This document shows, one piece after another, positions 27,468 to 40,603 of a DNA stretch of 64,000 nt; position 1 is the stretch's first letter; the number at the start of each line of letters is the position of its first letter. The DNA lies in assembly GCF_058153355.1 (NCBI RefSeq), contig NZ_CM177019.1; one strand, 5' to 3'. Under the pieces are notes generated by a model that saw only the letters and a list, made by a program, of their open reading frames with translations, was not told the origin of the DNA and ran no database searches. Both the position numbers and the translations under genes were made by a program.

Positions 27468-27744
27468 GTTTTCTCTTCCGCACAAGGTCAGGATTATTCT
27501 AAAAATGCACCGTTTGCAGGTGAATCGATGCTCAGTCTCAGTATAAGGAAAAGCGCAGCGGACGGGCGAGCAGATTGCGCAACATGCGAGCATGATCCAG
27601 AGATTTCTGAAGCGGCAAAAGGATGTTCCATGTACATGACGCGCGGCTTGCGGTAAATTGTTGGCAAATTTTCCGGCGTAGCCCAAAACGCGCTGTCGTC
27701 AAGTCGTTAAGGGCGTGCCCTTCATCATCCGATCTGGAGTCAAA

Positions 27745-29736
27745 ATGTCCTCACGTAAAGAGCTTGCCAATGCTATTCGTGCGCTGAGCATGGACGCAGT
27801 ACAGAAAGCCAAATCCGGTCACCCGGGTGCCCCTATGGGTATGGCTGACATTGCCGAAGTCCTGTGGCGTGATTTCCTGAAACACAACCCGCAGAATCCG
27901 TCCTGGGCTGACCGTGACCGCTTCGTGCTGTCCAACGGCCACGGCTCCATGCTGATCTACAGCCTGCTGCACCTCACCGGTTACGATCTGCCGATGGAAG
28001 AACTGAAAAACTTCCGTCAACTGCATTCCAAAACTCCGGGCCACCCGGAAGTGGGTTACACCGCTGGTGTGGAAACCACTACAGGTCCGCTGGGTCAGGG
28101 TATTGCCAATGCAGTCGGTATGGCGATTGCAGAAAAAACGCTGGCGGCGCAGTTTAACCGTCCGGGCCACGACATCGTCGACCACTACACCTACGCCTTC
28201 ATGGGCGACGGCTGCATGATGGAAGGCATCTCCCATGAAGTTTGCTCTCTGGCGGGTACGCTGAAGCTGGGTAAACTGATTGCGTTCTACGATGACAACG
28301 GTATCTCTATCGATGGTCACGTTGAAGGCTGGTTCACCGACGACACCGCAATGCGTTTCGAAGCTTACGGCTGGCACGTTATTCGCGGCATTGACGGTCA
28401 TGACGCGGCATCCATCAAACGCGCTGTAGAAGAAGCGCGCGCTGTGACTGACAAACCGTCTCTGCTGATGTGCAAAACCATCATTGGTTTCGGTTCTCCG
28501 AATAAAGCCGGTACTCACGACTCCCACGGTGCGCCGCTGGGCGACGCTGAAATTGCCCTGACCCGCGAACAGCTGGGCTGGAAATATGCACCGTTCGAAA
28601 TCCCGTCTGAAATCTATGCTCAGTGGGATGCGAAAGAAGCAGGCCAGGCGAAAGAATCCGCATGGAACGAGAAATTCGCTGCTTACGCCAAAGCTTATCC
28701 GCAGGAAGCCGCTGAATTTACCCGCCGTATGAAAGGCGAAATGCCGTCTGACTTCGATGCCAAAGCGAAAGAATTCATCGCTAAACTGCAGGCTAATCCG
28801 GCGAAAATCGCCAGCCGTAAAGCGTCTCAGAATGCGATTGAAGCGTTCGGCCCGCTGTTGCCGGAATTCCTCGGCGGCTCTGCTGACCTGGCACCGTCTA
28901 ACCTGACCCTGTGGTCTGGTTCTAAAGCAATCAACGAAGATGCTGCGGGTAACTACATCCACTACGGTGTTCGCGAGTTCGGTATGACCGCGATTGCTAA
29001 CGGTATCTCCCTGCACGGTGGCTTCCTGCCGTACACCTCCACCTTCCTGATGTTCGTGGAATACGCACGTAACGCCGTACGTATGGCTGCGCTGATGAAA
29101 CAGCGTCAGGTGATGGTTTACACCCACGACTCCATCGGTCTGGGCGAAGATGGCCCGACTCACCAGCCGGTAGAGCAGGTCGCTTCTCTGCGCGTGACCC
29201 CGAACATGTCTACATGGCGTCCGTGTGACCAGGTTGAATCTGCAGTAGCGTGGAAATACGGCGTTGAGCGTCAGGACGGCCCGACTGCGCTTATCCTCTC
29301 CCGTCAGAACCTGGCGCAGCAGGAACGTACTGAAGAGCAGCTGGCAAACATCGCGCGCGGTGGTTATGTGCTGAAAGACTGTGCCGGTCAGCCGGAACTG
29401 ATCTTCATCGCTACCGGTTCTGAAGTTGAACTGGCGGTTGCTGCCTACGAAAAACTGACTGCTGAAGGCGTGAAAGCGCGCGTGGTTTCCATGCCGTCTA
29501 CCGACGCATTCGACAAGCAGGATGCGGCTTACCGTGAGTCTGTACTGCCGAAAGCGGTTACTGCACGCGTTGCGGTGGAAGCTGGCATTGCTGACTACTG
29601 GTACAAGTATGTTGGCCTGAACGGTGCTATCGTCGGCATGACCACCTTCGGTGAATCTGCTCCGGCAGAGCTGCTGTTTGAAGAGTTCGGCTTCACCGTT
29701 GACAACGTTGTTGCGAAAGCAAAAGAACTGCTGTAA
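27745..29736 (+). CDS. tktA: Transketolase 1
   Basis: 663 aa from [32 protein letters not shown]. Confidence 0.95.
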   Translation: MSSRKELANAIRALSMDAVQKAKSGHPGAPMGMADIAEVLWRDFLKHNPQNPSWADRDRFVLSNGHGSMLIYSLLHLTGYDLPMEELKNFRQLHSKTPGHPEVGYTAGVETTTGPLGQGIANAVGMAIAEKTLAAQFNRPGHDIVDHYTYAFMGDGCMMEGISHEVCSLAGTLKLGKLIAFYDDNGISIDGHVEGWFTDDTAMRFEAYGWHVIRGIDGHDAASIKRAVEEARAVTDKPSLLMCKTIIGFGSPNKAGTHDSHGAPLGDAEIALTREQLGWKYAPFEIPSEIYAQWDAKEAGQAKESAWNEKFAAYAKAYPQEAAEFTRRMKGEMPSDFDAKAKEFIAKLQANPAKIASRKASQNAIEAFGPLLPEFLGGSADLAPSNLTLWSGSKAINEDAAGNYIHYGVREFGMTAIANGISLHGGFLPYTSTFLMFVEYARNAVRMAALMKQRQVMVYTHDSIGLGEDGPTHQPVEQVASLRVTPNMSTWRPCDQVESAVAWKYGVERQDGPTALILSRQNLAQQERTEEQLANIARGGYVLKDCAGQPELIFIATGSEVELAVAAYEKLTAEGVKARVVSMPSTDAFDKQDAAYRESVLPKAVTARVAVEAGIADYWYKYVGLNGAIVGMTTFGESAPAELLFEEFGFTVDNVVAKAKELL

Positions 29737-29759
29737 TCGGTAAGATGCTTTGTGAGAAG

Positions 29760-29777
29760 GGCCGCGAAAGCGGCCCT
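29760..29777 (+). terminator. Hairpin downstream of tktA (putative terminator stem); a second copy lies at 31213..31230
   Basis: gggccgcgaaagcggccc perfect stem-loop; weak T tract. Confidence 0.45.
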
Positions 29778-29805
29778 TCAGATTATTGGCAAAGTGCGCG
29801 TTGTT

Positions 29806-29907
<102 letters not shown>

Positions 29908-29937
29908 TCTACCCCGGTTTCCCAGATTGCAGGCATG

Positions 29938-31187
<1,250 letters not shown>

Positions 31188-31234
31188 GTTTTGCCTTTGC
31201 CATCAGTCTCAAGGGCCGCGAAAGCGGCCCTTTT

Positions 31235-32143
31235 TTACTTAGTAGAGATAAACGGAACTGTACTGCCGGGGATCATGGTATCGGGTAGCTTACCGTCCCA
31301 ACGCTCAGCAGTGGTGAGGGCAACAAGTCCGGGATTATCCCGCAGAGCTTCACCGCGCAGGCGGATCGCTTCTGCTTCAGCCGCACTTTTTAAACGAATA
31401 GTTTCAGCCTCTGCCGCGCCTCTTACGCGAATAGTCTCAGCTTCTGCTTTGGCTGCCGCTAGTTTACTGTCTGCTTCTGCCTGGGCCTGAATTACCGCTA
31501 TTTGCGCCTGGATTTTCTCTGTTTCCAGATTTTGCTTACGTGTGGCAATGGCGACTTCTGCTTTCATTCGATCTTCAATCGATTTTTCATAAGCGTCAGA
31601 AAAATCAATATTTTCAATCTGGACACCATCAATCACCACCGGGCCAACAACGGCTTTACGCATTGCATTTTGCAGATCCTGAACCAGTTTTGTACGATCC
31701 TGTACCGCGCTGATGGCGGTATATTGGCCGAAAACGTTCTCCAGTTGAGTTGGCAATTGACGGACAATCAGACGATCTTTTAATGCTTCAATGGTGTTGT
31801 AAGTGGTATAAACCGCGCCTGCTTCTGAAGGTTTAATGTGGAAGCTGACTGATACTGTCATTTGTGCCGGTTGCTGGTCGCGGCTGTAGGCCTGTAATCC
31901 CTGATAAACCACAGCCTGATTACGCGTGGAAATTTTCTCTACGCTTTCCATAAATGGGATCTTAAAACCCAGACCCGGCTCGGCAACTTTTACGATTTTT
32001 CCGTAGCGCAGCAAAATGCCGCGTTCACCTTCATTAACGGTGTAATACGAGAGAAATGGCAGCACAACCACGGTAAGCACGCCAATGGCGATAGCAATAG
32101 ATTTTTGTGGGCGAAATGAGGTTATTGAAACAGGTGCTTTCAT
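31235..32143 (-). CDS. SPFH/band-7 (prohibitin/flotillin-like) membrane protein with repetitive Ala/Glu-rich C-terminus; not at this position in K-12 as far as I recall
   Basis: 302 aa; N-terminal TM IAIAIGVLTVVVLPFLSYY; SPFH-like core; AAEAETIRxR tandem repeats; RBS aaggaag. Confidence 0.7.
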   Translation of the reverse strand: MKAPVSITSFRPQKSIAIAIGVLTVVVLPFLSYYTVNEGERGILLRYGKIVKVAEPGLGFKIPFMESVEKISTRNQAVVYQGLQAYSRDQQPAQMTVSVSFHIKPSEAGAVYTTYNTIEALKDRLIVRQLPTQLENVFGQYTAISAVQDRTKLVQDLQNAMRKAVVGPVVIDGVQIENIDFSDAYEKSIEDRMKAEVAIATRKQNLETEKIQAQIAVIQAQAEADSKLAAAKAEAETIRVRGAAEAETIRLKSAAEAEAIRLRGEALRDNPGLVALTTAERWDGKLPDTMIPGSTVPFISTK

Positions 32144-32517
32144 GAGAATCTTCCTTGAGTAAAGTGTGGGAATATGTCACATGAGGTGAGGAGAAAACAG
32201 CCAACAGGTGAGAATTCAGAATCTATAAAGGGGGAGAGCGAAAAACATCGGCTAAAAAAGTATGTTTTCGAACATTCAATAGATAAATAGAGATATGCAT
32301 CACAAATACATAGGCAGATAAAACATTGGTTTTGTGATAAACATAACAAACACAAACTTGACTTTATAAGTATAAATTTCATGTTGTTGTTATTTAACAT
32401 TTTATTATTTTGGTTCATGTTTTTTTTCTTCTCGCGTGCCAATTGCTTTCATTAAATCGCACGAGTATTTTATTTTTACCGCCGGACGGTACCCTAAAAA
32501 TAAAATAAGGATAATTT

Positions 32518-32961
32518 ATGCGGCTTATTGATTATTTTCCAGAATCATCAATCTCAGTTATACATTCAGCAAAAGACTGGCAGGAAGTTATCGATTTTTC
32601 GATGGCATCATTGCTGGATAAAAACTATATCAGTGAGAATTACATTCAGGCTATTAAAGATTCCACCATTAACAATGGCCCTTATTATATTCTCGCACCA
32701 GGCGTGGCAATGCCTCATGCGCGACCGGAATGTGGGGCGCTTAAAACCGGGATGTCTTTGACGTTACTTAAACAAGGCGTTTATTTTCCGGGGAATGACG
32801 AACCGATTAAATTACTTATCGGTCTTTCTGCTGCCGATGCCGATTCGCACATTGGCGCTATTCAGGCGTTAAGTGAATTGCTGTGCGAAGAAGAAATACT
32901 TGAACAACTCTTAACTGCAACATCAGAAAAACAATTAGCGGACATTATCAGCCGCGAATAA
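32518..32961 (+). CDS. cmtB: Cryptic mannitol-type PTS EIIA component
   Basis: 147 aa MRLIDYFPESSISVIHSAKDWQEVIDFS. Confidence 0.85.
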   Translation: MRLIDYFPESSISVIHSAKDWQEVIDFSMASLLDKNYISENYIQAIKDSTINNGPYYILAPGVAMPHARPECGALKTGMSLTLLKQGVYFPGNDEPIKLLIGLSAADADSHIGAIQALSELLCEEEILEQLLTATSEKQLADIISRE

Positions 32962-32988
32962 TGACTCTCTCCTCTACAGGATAATATT

Positions 32989-34377
32989 ATGGAAAACAAG
33001 TCTGCTCGTGCAAAGGTCCAGGCTTTTGGGGGCTTTTTGACGGCAATGGTCATCCCCAATATTGGTGCTTTTATTGCCTGGGGTTTTATTACTGCATTAT
33101 TTATTCCTACTGGTTGGCTGCCTAACGAACATTTCGCCAAAATTGTCGGCCCGATGATTACCTATTTATTGCCCGTAATGATTGGTTCTACCGGTGGCCA
33201 TTTAGTCGGCGGTAAACGCGGCGCAGTCATGGGCGGAATAGGGACAATTGGTGTAATCGTCGGCGCAGAAATCCCGATGTTCCTTGGTTCAATGATCATG
33301 GGACCGTTAGGTGGGCTGGTCATAAAATATGTCGATAAGGCACTGGAAAAACGCATACCTGCTGGTTTTGAGATGGTTATCAATAACTTCTCATTAGGTA
33401 TCACCGGGATGCTCCTTTGTCTGCTGGGTTTTGAAGTTATCGGCCCGGCGGTGTTAATTGCCAATACTTTCGTCAAAGAGTGTATTGAGGCGCTGGTACA
33501 TGCGGGCTATCTGCCTTTGCTGTCAGTCATCAATGAACCGGCGAAAGTGCTTTTCCTCAATAACGCGATAGATCAGGGCGTCTATTACCCGTTGGGGATG
33601 CAACAGGCTTCAGTTAACGGTAAATCCATCTTCTTTATGGTGGCGTCCAACCCTGGGCCTGGCTTAGGACTGTTGCTGGCGTTTACTTTGTTTGGTAAAG
33701 GGATGAGTAAACGTTCTGCGCCCGGGGCGATGATTATTCACTTCCTCGGTGGGATCCACGAACTGTATTTCCCGTATGTGCTGATGAAGCCGCTGACCAT
33801 TATTGCCATGATTGCGGGCGGTATGTCTGGCACCTGGATGTTTAACTTACTGGACGGTGGTCTGGTGGCTGGCCCAAGTCCAGGCTCTATCTTTGCGTAC
33901 CTGGCACTGACGCCGAAAGGCTCATTCCTGGCGACAATTGCCGGTGTTACGGTAGGTACCCTGGTGTCCTTTGCTATCACTTCCGTAATACTGAAGATGG
34001 AAAAAACGGTGGAAACGGAGAGCGAAGATGAGTTTGTGCAGTCCGCCAATGCGGTTAAGGCGATGAAACAAGAAGGTACATTCTCGTTAAGCCGGGTTAA
34101 GCGTATCGCCTTTGTTTGCGATGCGGGAATGGGCTCCAGCGCGATGGGCGCAACCACCTTCCGTAAGCGCCTGGAAAAAGCGGGGCTGGCAATAGAAGTA
34201 AAACATTACGCGATAGAAAACGTGCCTGCGGATGTGGATATCGTCGTTACTCACGCTAGTCTGGAAGGGCGCGTGAAACGTGTGACGGATAAACCGCTGA
34301 TATTGATTAATAACTATATTGGCGATCCCAAACTCGACACTTTATTTAATCAATTAACCGCTGAACATAAAAACTGA
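32989..34377 (+). CDS. cmtA: Cryptic mannitol-type PTS EIICB component
   Basis: 462 aa polytopic membrane protein with C-terminal EIIB (CDAGMGSS). Confidence 0.85.
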   Translation: MENKSARAKVQAFGGFLTAMVIPNIGAFIAWGFITALFIPTGWLPNEHFAKIVGPMITYLLPVMIGSTGGHLVGGKRGAVMGGIGTIGVIVGAEIPMFLGSMIMGPLGGLVIKYVDKALEKRIPAGFEMVINNFSLGITGMLLCLLGFEVIGPAVLIANTFVKECIEALVHAGYLPLLSVINEPAKVLFLNNAIDQGVYYPLGMQQASVNGKSIFFMVASNPGPGLGLLLAFTLFGKGMSKRSAPGAMIIHFLGGIHELYFPYVLMKPLTIIAMIAGGMSGTWMFNLLDGGLVAGPSPGSIFAYLALTPKGSFLATIAGVTVGTLVSFAITSVILKMEKTVETESEDEFVQSANAVKAMKQEGTFSLSRVKRIAFVCDAGMGSSAMGATTFRKRLEKAGLAIEVKHYAIENVPADVDIVVTHASLEGRVKRVTDKPLILINNYIGDPKLDTLFNQLTAEHKN

Positions 34378-34391
34378 TTGCCGAGGTAAAA

Positions 34392-35669
34392 ATGAAAACC
34401 AAAGTTGCTGCTATTTATGGCAAGCGGGATGTCCGTCTGCGCGAATTTGAACTGCCCGAAATTACCGATAATGAACTGCTGGTGAGTGTAATTTCTGACA
34501 GCGTGTGTTTATCGACCTGGAAAGCGGCGTTACTCGGTAGCGAACATAAACGGGTGCCCGACGATTTAGAAAATCATCCGGTCATTACCGGACATGAATG
34601 TGCCGGGATTATTGTTGAAGTGGGGAAAAATCTCACCGACAAATATAAAAAAGGCCAACGTTTTGTATTGCAACCGGCGATGGGGCTACCAAGCGGATAT
34701 TCAGCGGGATACAGCTACGAATATTTTGGCGGTAATGCTACCTATATGATTATTCCAGAGGTAGCCATTAATTTGGGCTGCGTATTACCGTATCACGGAT
34801 CTTATTTTGCTGCGGCGTCGCTGGCAGAGCCTATGTGCTGCATTATTGGCGCTTATCATGCCAATTATCACACCACGCAATATGTTTATGAGCATCGCAT
34901 GGGCGTCAAACCTGGCGGCAATATTGCGCTGCTGGCGTGTGCGGGCCCGATGGGGATAGGCGCTATCGATTACGCTATTCACGGCGGCATACAACCGTCG
35001 CGGGTAGTGGTGGTCGATATCGACGAAAAACGCCTGGCACAGGTGCAGAAGCTGCTGCCGGTGGAGCTGGCGGCCAGCAAAGGCATTGAGCTGATATATG
35101 TGAATACCAAAGGAATGAGCGACCCAGTCCAGAGGCTGCGGGCGCTGACAGGAGATGCCGGATTCGATGACATTTTTGTTTATGCGGCGGTGCCTGCTGT
35201 CGTTGAGATGGCTGACGAATTACTGGCGGAAGATGGCTGCCTGAACTTCTTTGCCGGGCCGACGGATAAAAACTTCAAAGTGCCGTTTAATTTCTACAAC
35301 GTCCATTACAACAGCACGCACGTTGTCGGTACATCCGGTGGTTCAACGGACGATATGAAAGAGGCGATTGCCCTGAGCGCCACGGGGCAGTTGCAACCGT
35401 CGTTTATGGTGACGCATATCGGTGGCCTGGATGCAGTGCCAGAAACCGTTCTCAATTTACCGGATATCCCCGGTGGTAAAAAACTCATTTACAACGGCGT
35501 TACCATGCCGCTCACCGCCATTGCCGATTTTGCCGAAAAAGGCAAAACCGATCCGCTGTTTAAAGAGCTTGCGCGGCTGGTTGAGGAAACGCACGGCATC
35601 TGGAATGAACAGGCCGAGAAATATCTGCTGGCGCAATTTGGCGTTGATATCGGGGAGGCCGCGCAATGA
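34392..35669 (+). CDS. yggP: Zinc-type (MDR) alcohol dehydrogenase-like protein YggP
   Basis: 425 aa; GHECAG zinc-binding motif. Confidence 0.8.
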   Translation: MKTKVAAIYGKRDVRLREFELPEITDNELLVSVISDSVCLSTWKAALLGSEHKRVPDDLENHPVITGHECAGIIVEVGKNLTDKYKKGQRFVLQPAMGLPSGYSAGYSYEYFGGNATYMIIPEVAINLGCVLPYHGSYFAAASLAEPMCCIIGAYHANYHTTQYVYEHRMGVKPGGNIALLACAGPMGIGAIDYAIHGGIQPSRVVVVDIDEKRLAQVQKLLPVELAASKGIELIYVNTKGMSDPVQRLRALTGDAGFDDIFVYAAVPAVVEMADELLAEDGCLNFFAGPTDKNFKVPFNFYNVHYNSTHVVGTSGGSTDDMKEAIALSATGQLQPSFMVTHIGGLDAVPETVLNLPDIPGGKKLIYNGVTMPLTAIADFAEKGKTDPLFKELARLVEETHGIWNEQAEKYLLAQFGVDIGEAAQ

Positions 35670-36631
35670 TGTCCCTGGCGTGGCCATTATTTCGCGTTAC
35701 GGAGCAGGCAGCGTTGGCTGCCTGGCCGCAAACCGGATGTGGCAACAAAAATAAAATTGATGGCCTGGCGGTCACCGCGATGCGCCAGGCATTAAACGAT
35801 GTCGCTTTTCGTGGGCGAGTGGTCATCGGCGAGGGAGAAATTGACCATGCGCCGATGCTGTGGATTGGCGAAGAGGTGGGCAAAGGCGATGGGCCAGAAG
35901 TCGATATCGCGGTTGATCCCATTGAAGGTACGCGGATGGTGGCGATGGGGCAGAGCAATGCGCTGGCGGTCATGGCTTTCGCCCCTCGAGATAGCCTGTT
36001 ACACGCGCCCGATATGTATATGAAAAAACTGGTTGTTAATCGGCTGGCGGCGGGCGCGATTGATCTGTCTTTGCCTCTGGCGGACAACTTGCGCAACGTG
36101 GCGAAAGCGTTAGGCAAACCGCTGGACAAGCTGCGTATGGTTACGCTGGATAAACCGCGCCTGAGTGCCGCAATTGAGGAAGCGACGCAACTGGGCGTGA
36201 AGGTTTTTGCCCTGCCGGATGGCGATGTCGCCGCCAGCGTGCTGACCTGCTGGCAGGATAATCCTTACGATGTGATGTACACCATCGGCGGTGCGCCAGA
36301 AGGTGTGATTTCTGCCTGTGCCGTTAAAGCATTAGGCGGGGATATGCAGGCCGAGCTGATTGACTTTTGTCAGGCCAAAGGGGATTACACGGAAAATCGG
36401 CAGATTGCAGAGCAGGAACGCCAGCGTTGCAAGGCAATGGGCGTTGACGTTAACCGTGTGTACTCGCTCGATGAACTGGTGAGGGGGAACGATATCCTCT
36501 TTAGCGCTACGGGCGTGACGGGCGGTGAGTTGGTGAACGGTATCCAACAGACGGCGAATGGGGTGCGGACGCAGACATTACTGATCGGCGGCGCGGACCA
36601 AACGTGTAATATAATAGACTCCCTGCATTGA
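35666..36631 (+). CDS. yggF: Class II fructose-1,6-bisphosphatase (GlpX paralog)
   Basis: 321 aa; overlaps yggP stop by 4 nt. Confidence 0.85.
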   Translation: MMSLAWPLFRVTEQAALAAWPQTGCGNKNKIDGLAVTAMRQALNDVAFRGRVVIGEGEIDHAPMLWIGEEVGKGDGPEVDIAVDPIEGTRMVAMGQSNALAVMAFAPRDSLLHAPDMYMKKLVVNRLAAGAIDLSLPLADNLRNVAKALGKPLDKLRMVTLDKPRLSAAIEEATQLGVKVFALPDGDVAASVLTCWQDNPYDVMYTIGGAPEGVISACAVKALGGDMQAELIDFCQAKGDYTENRQIAEQERQRCKAMGVDVNRVYSLDELVRGNDILFSATGVTGGELVNGIQQTANGVRTQTLLIGGADQTCNIIDSLH

Positions 36632-36652
36632 TGGTGATCTATCGGAAGACCA

Positions 36653-37162
36653 ATGGCGACGCTGACAGAAGATGATGTGCTTGAGCAACTGGATGCACAG
36701 GACAATTTATTTTCATTTATGAAAACTGCGCATTCTATTTTGCTCCAGGGGATACGCCAGTTTCTGCCGTCGCTGTTTGTCGATAACGATGAAGAGATCG
36801 TGGAATATGCAGTGAAGCCGTTACTCGCTCAAAGCGGCCCGCTTGACGATATTGATGTTGCGCTACGTTTGATTTTTGCACTGGGGAAAATGGACAAATG
36901 GCTGTACGCCGATATCACGCACTTTTCCCAGTTCTGGCATTACCTGAATGAACAGGATGAAACGCCCGGATTTGCCGATGACATGACCTGGGATTTTATC
37001 AGCAACGTCAATAGTATAACCCGCAATGCGACGCTCTATGACGCGTTGAAAGCGATGAAGTTCGCCGATTTCGCCGTCTGGTCAGAGGTGCGTTTTAGTG
37101 GGATGGTCAAAACGGCGCTGACGCTGGCAGTAACGACCACCTTAAAGGAATTAACGCCGTGA
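36653..37162 (+). CDS. yggD: MtlR-like protein YggD
   Basis: 169 aa MATLTEDDVLEQLDAQDNLFSF. Confidence 0.8.
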   Translation: MATLTEDDVLEQLDAQDNLFSFMKTAHSILLQGIRQFLPSLFVDNDEEIVEYAVKPLLAQSGPLDDIDVALRLIFALGKMDKWLYADITHFSQFWHYLNEQDETPGFADDMTWDFISNVNSITRNATLYDALKAMKFADFAVWSEVRFSGMVKTALTLAVTTTLKELTP

Positions 37163-37872
37163 AAATCGAACTGACGGTGAATGGATTGAAGGTACAGGCG
37201 CAGTACCCGAACGAAGAGATTGAAAATGTGCATAAACCGTTGCTGCGTATGCTGGCAGCCTTACAGACGGTAAATCCGCAGCGGCGTACCGTGGTTTTTC
37301 TTTGCGCTCCGCCGGGGACGGGTAAATCTACCCTAACCACCTTCTGGGAATATCTCGCGCAACAAGACCCGGAACTACCCGCTATTCAGACGCTGCCGAT
37401 GGATGGTTTTCATCATTACAATAGCTGGCTGGATGCGCATCAATTGCGCCCCTTCAAAGGCGCACCAGAGACATTTGACGTTGCGAAACTGGCGGAAAAT
37501 CTGCGCCAGGTAATGGAAGGGGATTGTACGTGGCCGCAGTACGATCGACAAAAGCATGATCCTGTTGAAGATGCGTTGCACGTTACCGCACCACTCGTCA
37601 TCGTCGAAGGAAACTGGTTGTTGCTGGACGACGAGAAGTGGCGGGCGTTGGCATCGTTCTGCGATTTTTCTGTTTTTATTCATGCCCCCGTTCATATTCT
37701 GCGGGAACGCTTGATTAGTCGTAAAATTGCGGGGGGATTATCGCGGGATGAAGCCGAAGCTTTTTATGCCCGAACCGATGGTCCCAATGTCGAGCGTGTG
37801 CTGCTGAATAGTTGTCAGGCCAATCTGATATTAGAGATGACGGAAGAAGGCAGGTATCACTTCATAAGCTGA
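37159..37872 (+). CDS. yggC: P-loop NTP-binding kinase-like protein YggC
   Basis: 237 aa; Walker A PPGTGKST. Confidence 0.8.
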   Translation: MKIELTVNGLKVQAQYPNEEIENVHKPLLRMLAALQTVNPQRRTVVFLCAPPGTGKSTLTTFWEYLAQQDPELPAIQTLPMDGFHHYNSWLDAHQLRPFKGAPETFDVAKLAENLRQVMEGDCTWPQYDRQKHDPVEDALHVTAPLVIVEGNWLLLDDEKWRALASFCDFSVFIHAPVHILRERLISRKIAGGLSRDEAEAFYARTDGPNVERVLLNSCQANLILEMTEEGRYHFIS

Positions 37873-38156
37873 CAATTTATTCCAGTTATTGCGTGGTTAT
37901 TATTACGCCAGTCTGGAATAAAGCCTCCTGCAAGAAGGGAAGAAAGTGTGATGCAAGTCAGATAATTGTCTTCTTTGACTGGACAATCATTCCTTTTATT
38001 CCACGTTTCGCTTATCCTAGCTGAAGCGTTTCAGTCGATTAAATGTTCGACAATTAACCAATCAGTCGCAGTTTGCGACAGGTAAGGTTTCCCCGGACGA
38101 TTTGCTGGATTACTCTGTCTGGCAAATTTGCTCAGGGAAAACCTTGCAGGAGATCT

Positions 38157-39176
38157 ATGACCGTACGCGTAGCGATAAATGGCTTCGGTCGCATCGGGCG
38201 TAATGTGGTTCGTGCTTTGTATGAATCCGGACGCCGGGCGGAAATTACCGTGGTGGCAATCAACGAACTGGCGGATGCTGCCGGCATGGCGCATTTGTTG
38301 AAATATGACACCAGTCATGGCCGTTTTGCATGGGAAGTACGACAGGAACGCGATCAACTTTTTGTTGGTGATGACGCCATCCGCGTATTGCACGAACGTT
38401 CACTGCAATCGCTCCCATGGCGTGAACTTGGCGTCGATGTGGTTCTCGACTGCACCGGCGTATATGGCTCCCGCGAGCATGGCGAAGCGCATATTGCCGC
38501 CGGGGCTAAAAAAGTGCTCTTTTCACATCCTGGCAGTAACGATCTCGATGCGACCGTGGTTTACGGCGTCAATCAGGATCAACTTCGTGCGGAACACCGC
38601 ATCGTTTCTAACGCTTCCTGTACCACGAATTGCATAATTCCCGTCATCAAATTGTTAGATGATGCGTACGGTATTGAGTCCGGCACTGTGACCACAATTC
38701 ACTCCGCCATGCACGATCAACAGGTTATTGATGCATATCATCCTGACCTGCGTCGCACCCGGGCAGCCAGCCAGTCGATCATTCCAGTCGATACTAAACT
38801 GGCCGCCGGTATCACACGATTTTTTCCGCAATTTAACGATCGCTTTGAAGCAATTGCGGTGCGTGTACCAACCATAAATGTGACGGCAATCGATTTAAGC
38901 GTGACGGTGAAGAAACCTGTAAAAGCCAATGAAGTCAACCTGTTGCTGCAAAAAGCAGCACAAGGTGCATTTCATGGTATAGTTGACTATACGGAATTGC
39001 CGTTGGTCTCTGTAGATTTTAACCACGATCCGCACAGTGCCATTGTCGATGGCACCCAAACCCGGGTCAGTGGCGCACACCTGATCAAAACGTTGGTCTG
39101 GTGCGATAACGAATGGGGCTTTGCTAACCGAATGCTCGACACGACGTTAGCTATGGCTACTGTTGCTTTCAGGTAA
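38157..39176 (+). CDS. epd: D-erythrose-4-phosphate dehydrogenase
   Basis: 339 aa from [25 protein letters not shown]; active-site SNASCTTNC. Confidence 0.9.
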
Positions 39177-39225
39177 GACGCAAGCAGCGTCTGCAAAACT
39201 TTTAGAATCAACGAGAGGATTCACC

Positions 39226-40389
39226 ATGTCTGTAATTAAGATGACCGATCTGGATCTTGCTGGGAAACGTGTATTTATCCGTGCGGATCTGAACGTACCA
39301 GTAAAAGACGGGAAAGTAACCAGCGATGCGCGTATCCGTGCTTCTCTGCCGACCATCGAACTGGCCCTGAAACAAGGCGCAAAAGTGATGGTAACTTCCC
39401 ACCTGGGTCGTCCTACCGAAGGCGAGTACAACGAAGAATTCTCTCTGCTGCCGGTTGTTAACTACCTGAAAGACAAACTGTCTAACCCGGTTCGTCTGGT
39501 TAAAGATTACCTCGACGGCGTTGACGTTGCTGAAGGTGAACTGGTTGTTCTGGAAAACGTTCGCTTCAACAAAGGCGAGAAGAAAGACGACGAAACCCTG
39601 TCCAAAAAATATGCTGCACTGTGTGACGTGTTCGTAATGGACGCATTCGGTACTGCTCACCGCGCGCAGGCTTCTACTCACGGTATCGGTAAATTCGCTG
39701 ATGTTGCGTGCGCAGGCCCGCTGCTGGCAGCTGAACTGGACGCGCTGGGTAAAGCACTGAAAGAACCTGCTCGCCCGATGGTGGCTATCGTTGGTGGTTC
39801 TAAAGTATCTACCAAACTGACCGTTCTGGATTCCCTGTCCAAAATCGCTGACCAGCTGATCGTGGGTGGTGGTATCGCTAACACCTTTATCGCGGCACAA
39901 GGCCACGATGTGGGTAAATCCCTGTACGAAGCTGACCTGGTTGACGAAGCAAAACGTCTGCTGACCACCTGCAACATTCCGGTTCCGTCTGACGTTCGCG
40001 TAGCAACTGAGTTCTCTGAAACTGCACCGGCTACCCTGAAATCTGTTAACGATGTGAAAGCTGACGAGCAGATCCTGGATATCGGCGATGCTTCTGCGCA
40101 GGAACTGGCTGAAATCCTGAAGAATGCGAAAACCATTCTGTGGAACGGCCCGGTTGGCGTGTTCGAATTCCCGAACTTCCGCAAAGGTACTGAAATCGTG
40201 GCTAACGCTATCGCAGACAGCGAAGCGTTCTCCATCGCTGGTGGCGGTGACACTCTGGCAGCAATCGACCTGTTCGGCATTGCTGACAAAATCTCCTACA
40301 TCTCCACTGGCGGCGGCGCATTCCTCGAATTCGTGGAAGGTAAAGTACTGCCTGCAGTAGCGATGCTCGAAGAGCGCGCTAAGAAGTAA
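39226..40389 (+). CDS. pgk: Phosphoglycerate kinase
   Basis: 387 aa from [25 protein letters not shown]. Confidence 0.95.
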
Positions 40390-40450
40390 AAAATCACAGG
40401 GCAGGGAAACCTGCCCTTGTTGCAGCGCGCTTTTAGAGCACGCATTTTTT

Positions 40451-40576
40451 CATACTCTAAATAATTCGAGTTGCAGGAAGGCGACAAGAGAGTGAATCCC
40501 CAGGAGCTTACATAAGTAAGTGACTGGGGTGAGCGAACGCAGACGCAGCACATGCAACTTGAAGTATGACGAGTAT
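40451..40576. repeat. ERIC/IRU intergenic repeat between pgk and fbaA
   Basis: Contains gtgaatccccaggagcttacataagtaagtgactggggtgagcg; reverse complement of 53764..53888. Confidence 0.85.
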
Positions 40577-40603
40577 AAGGCCCGACGATACAGGACAAGA
40601 GAC

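Noticed and set aside
40520-40603. ORF-track start of fbaA inside the ERIC element
   Set aside because: The predicted 5' extension consists of ERIC repeat sequence; the true start is the MSKIFDFVKPG methionine at 40604.
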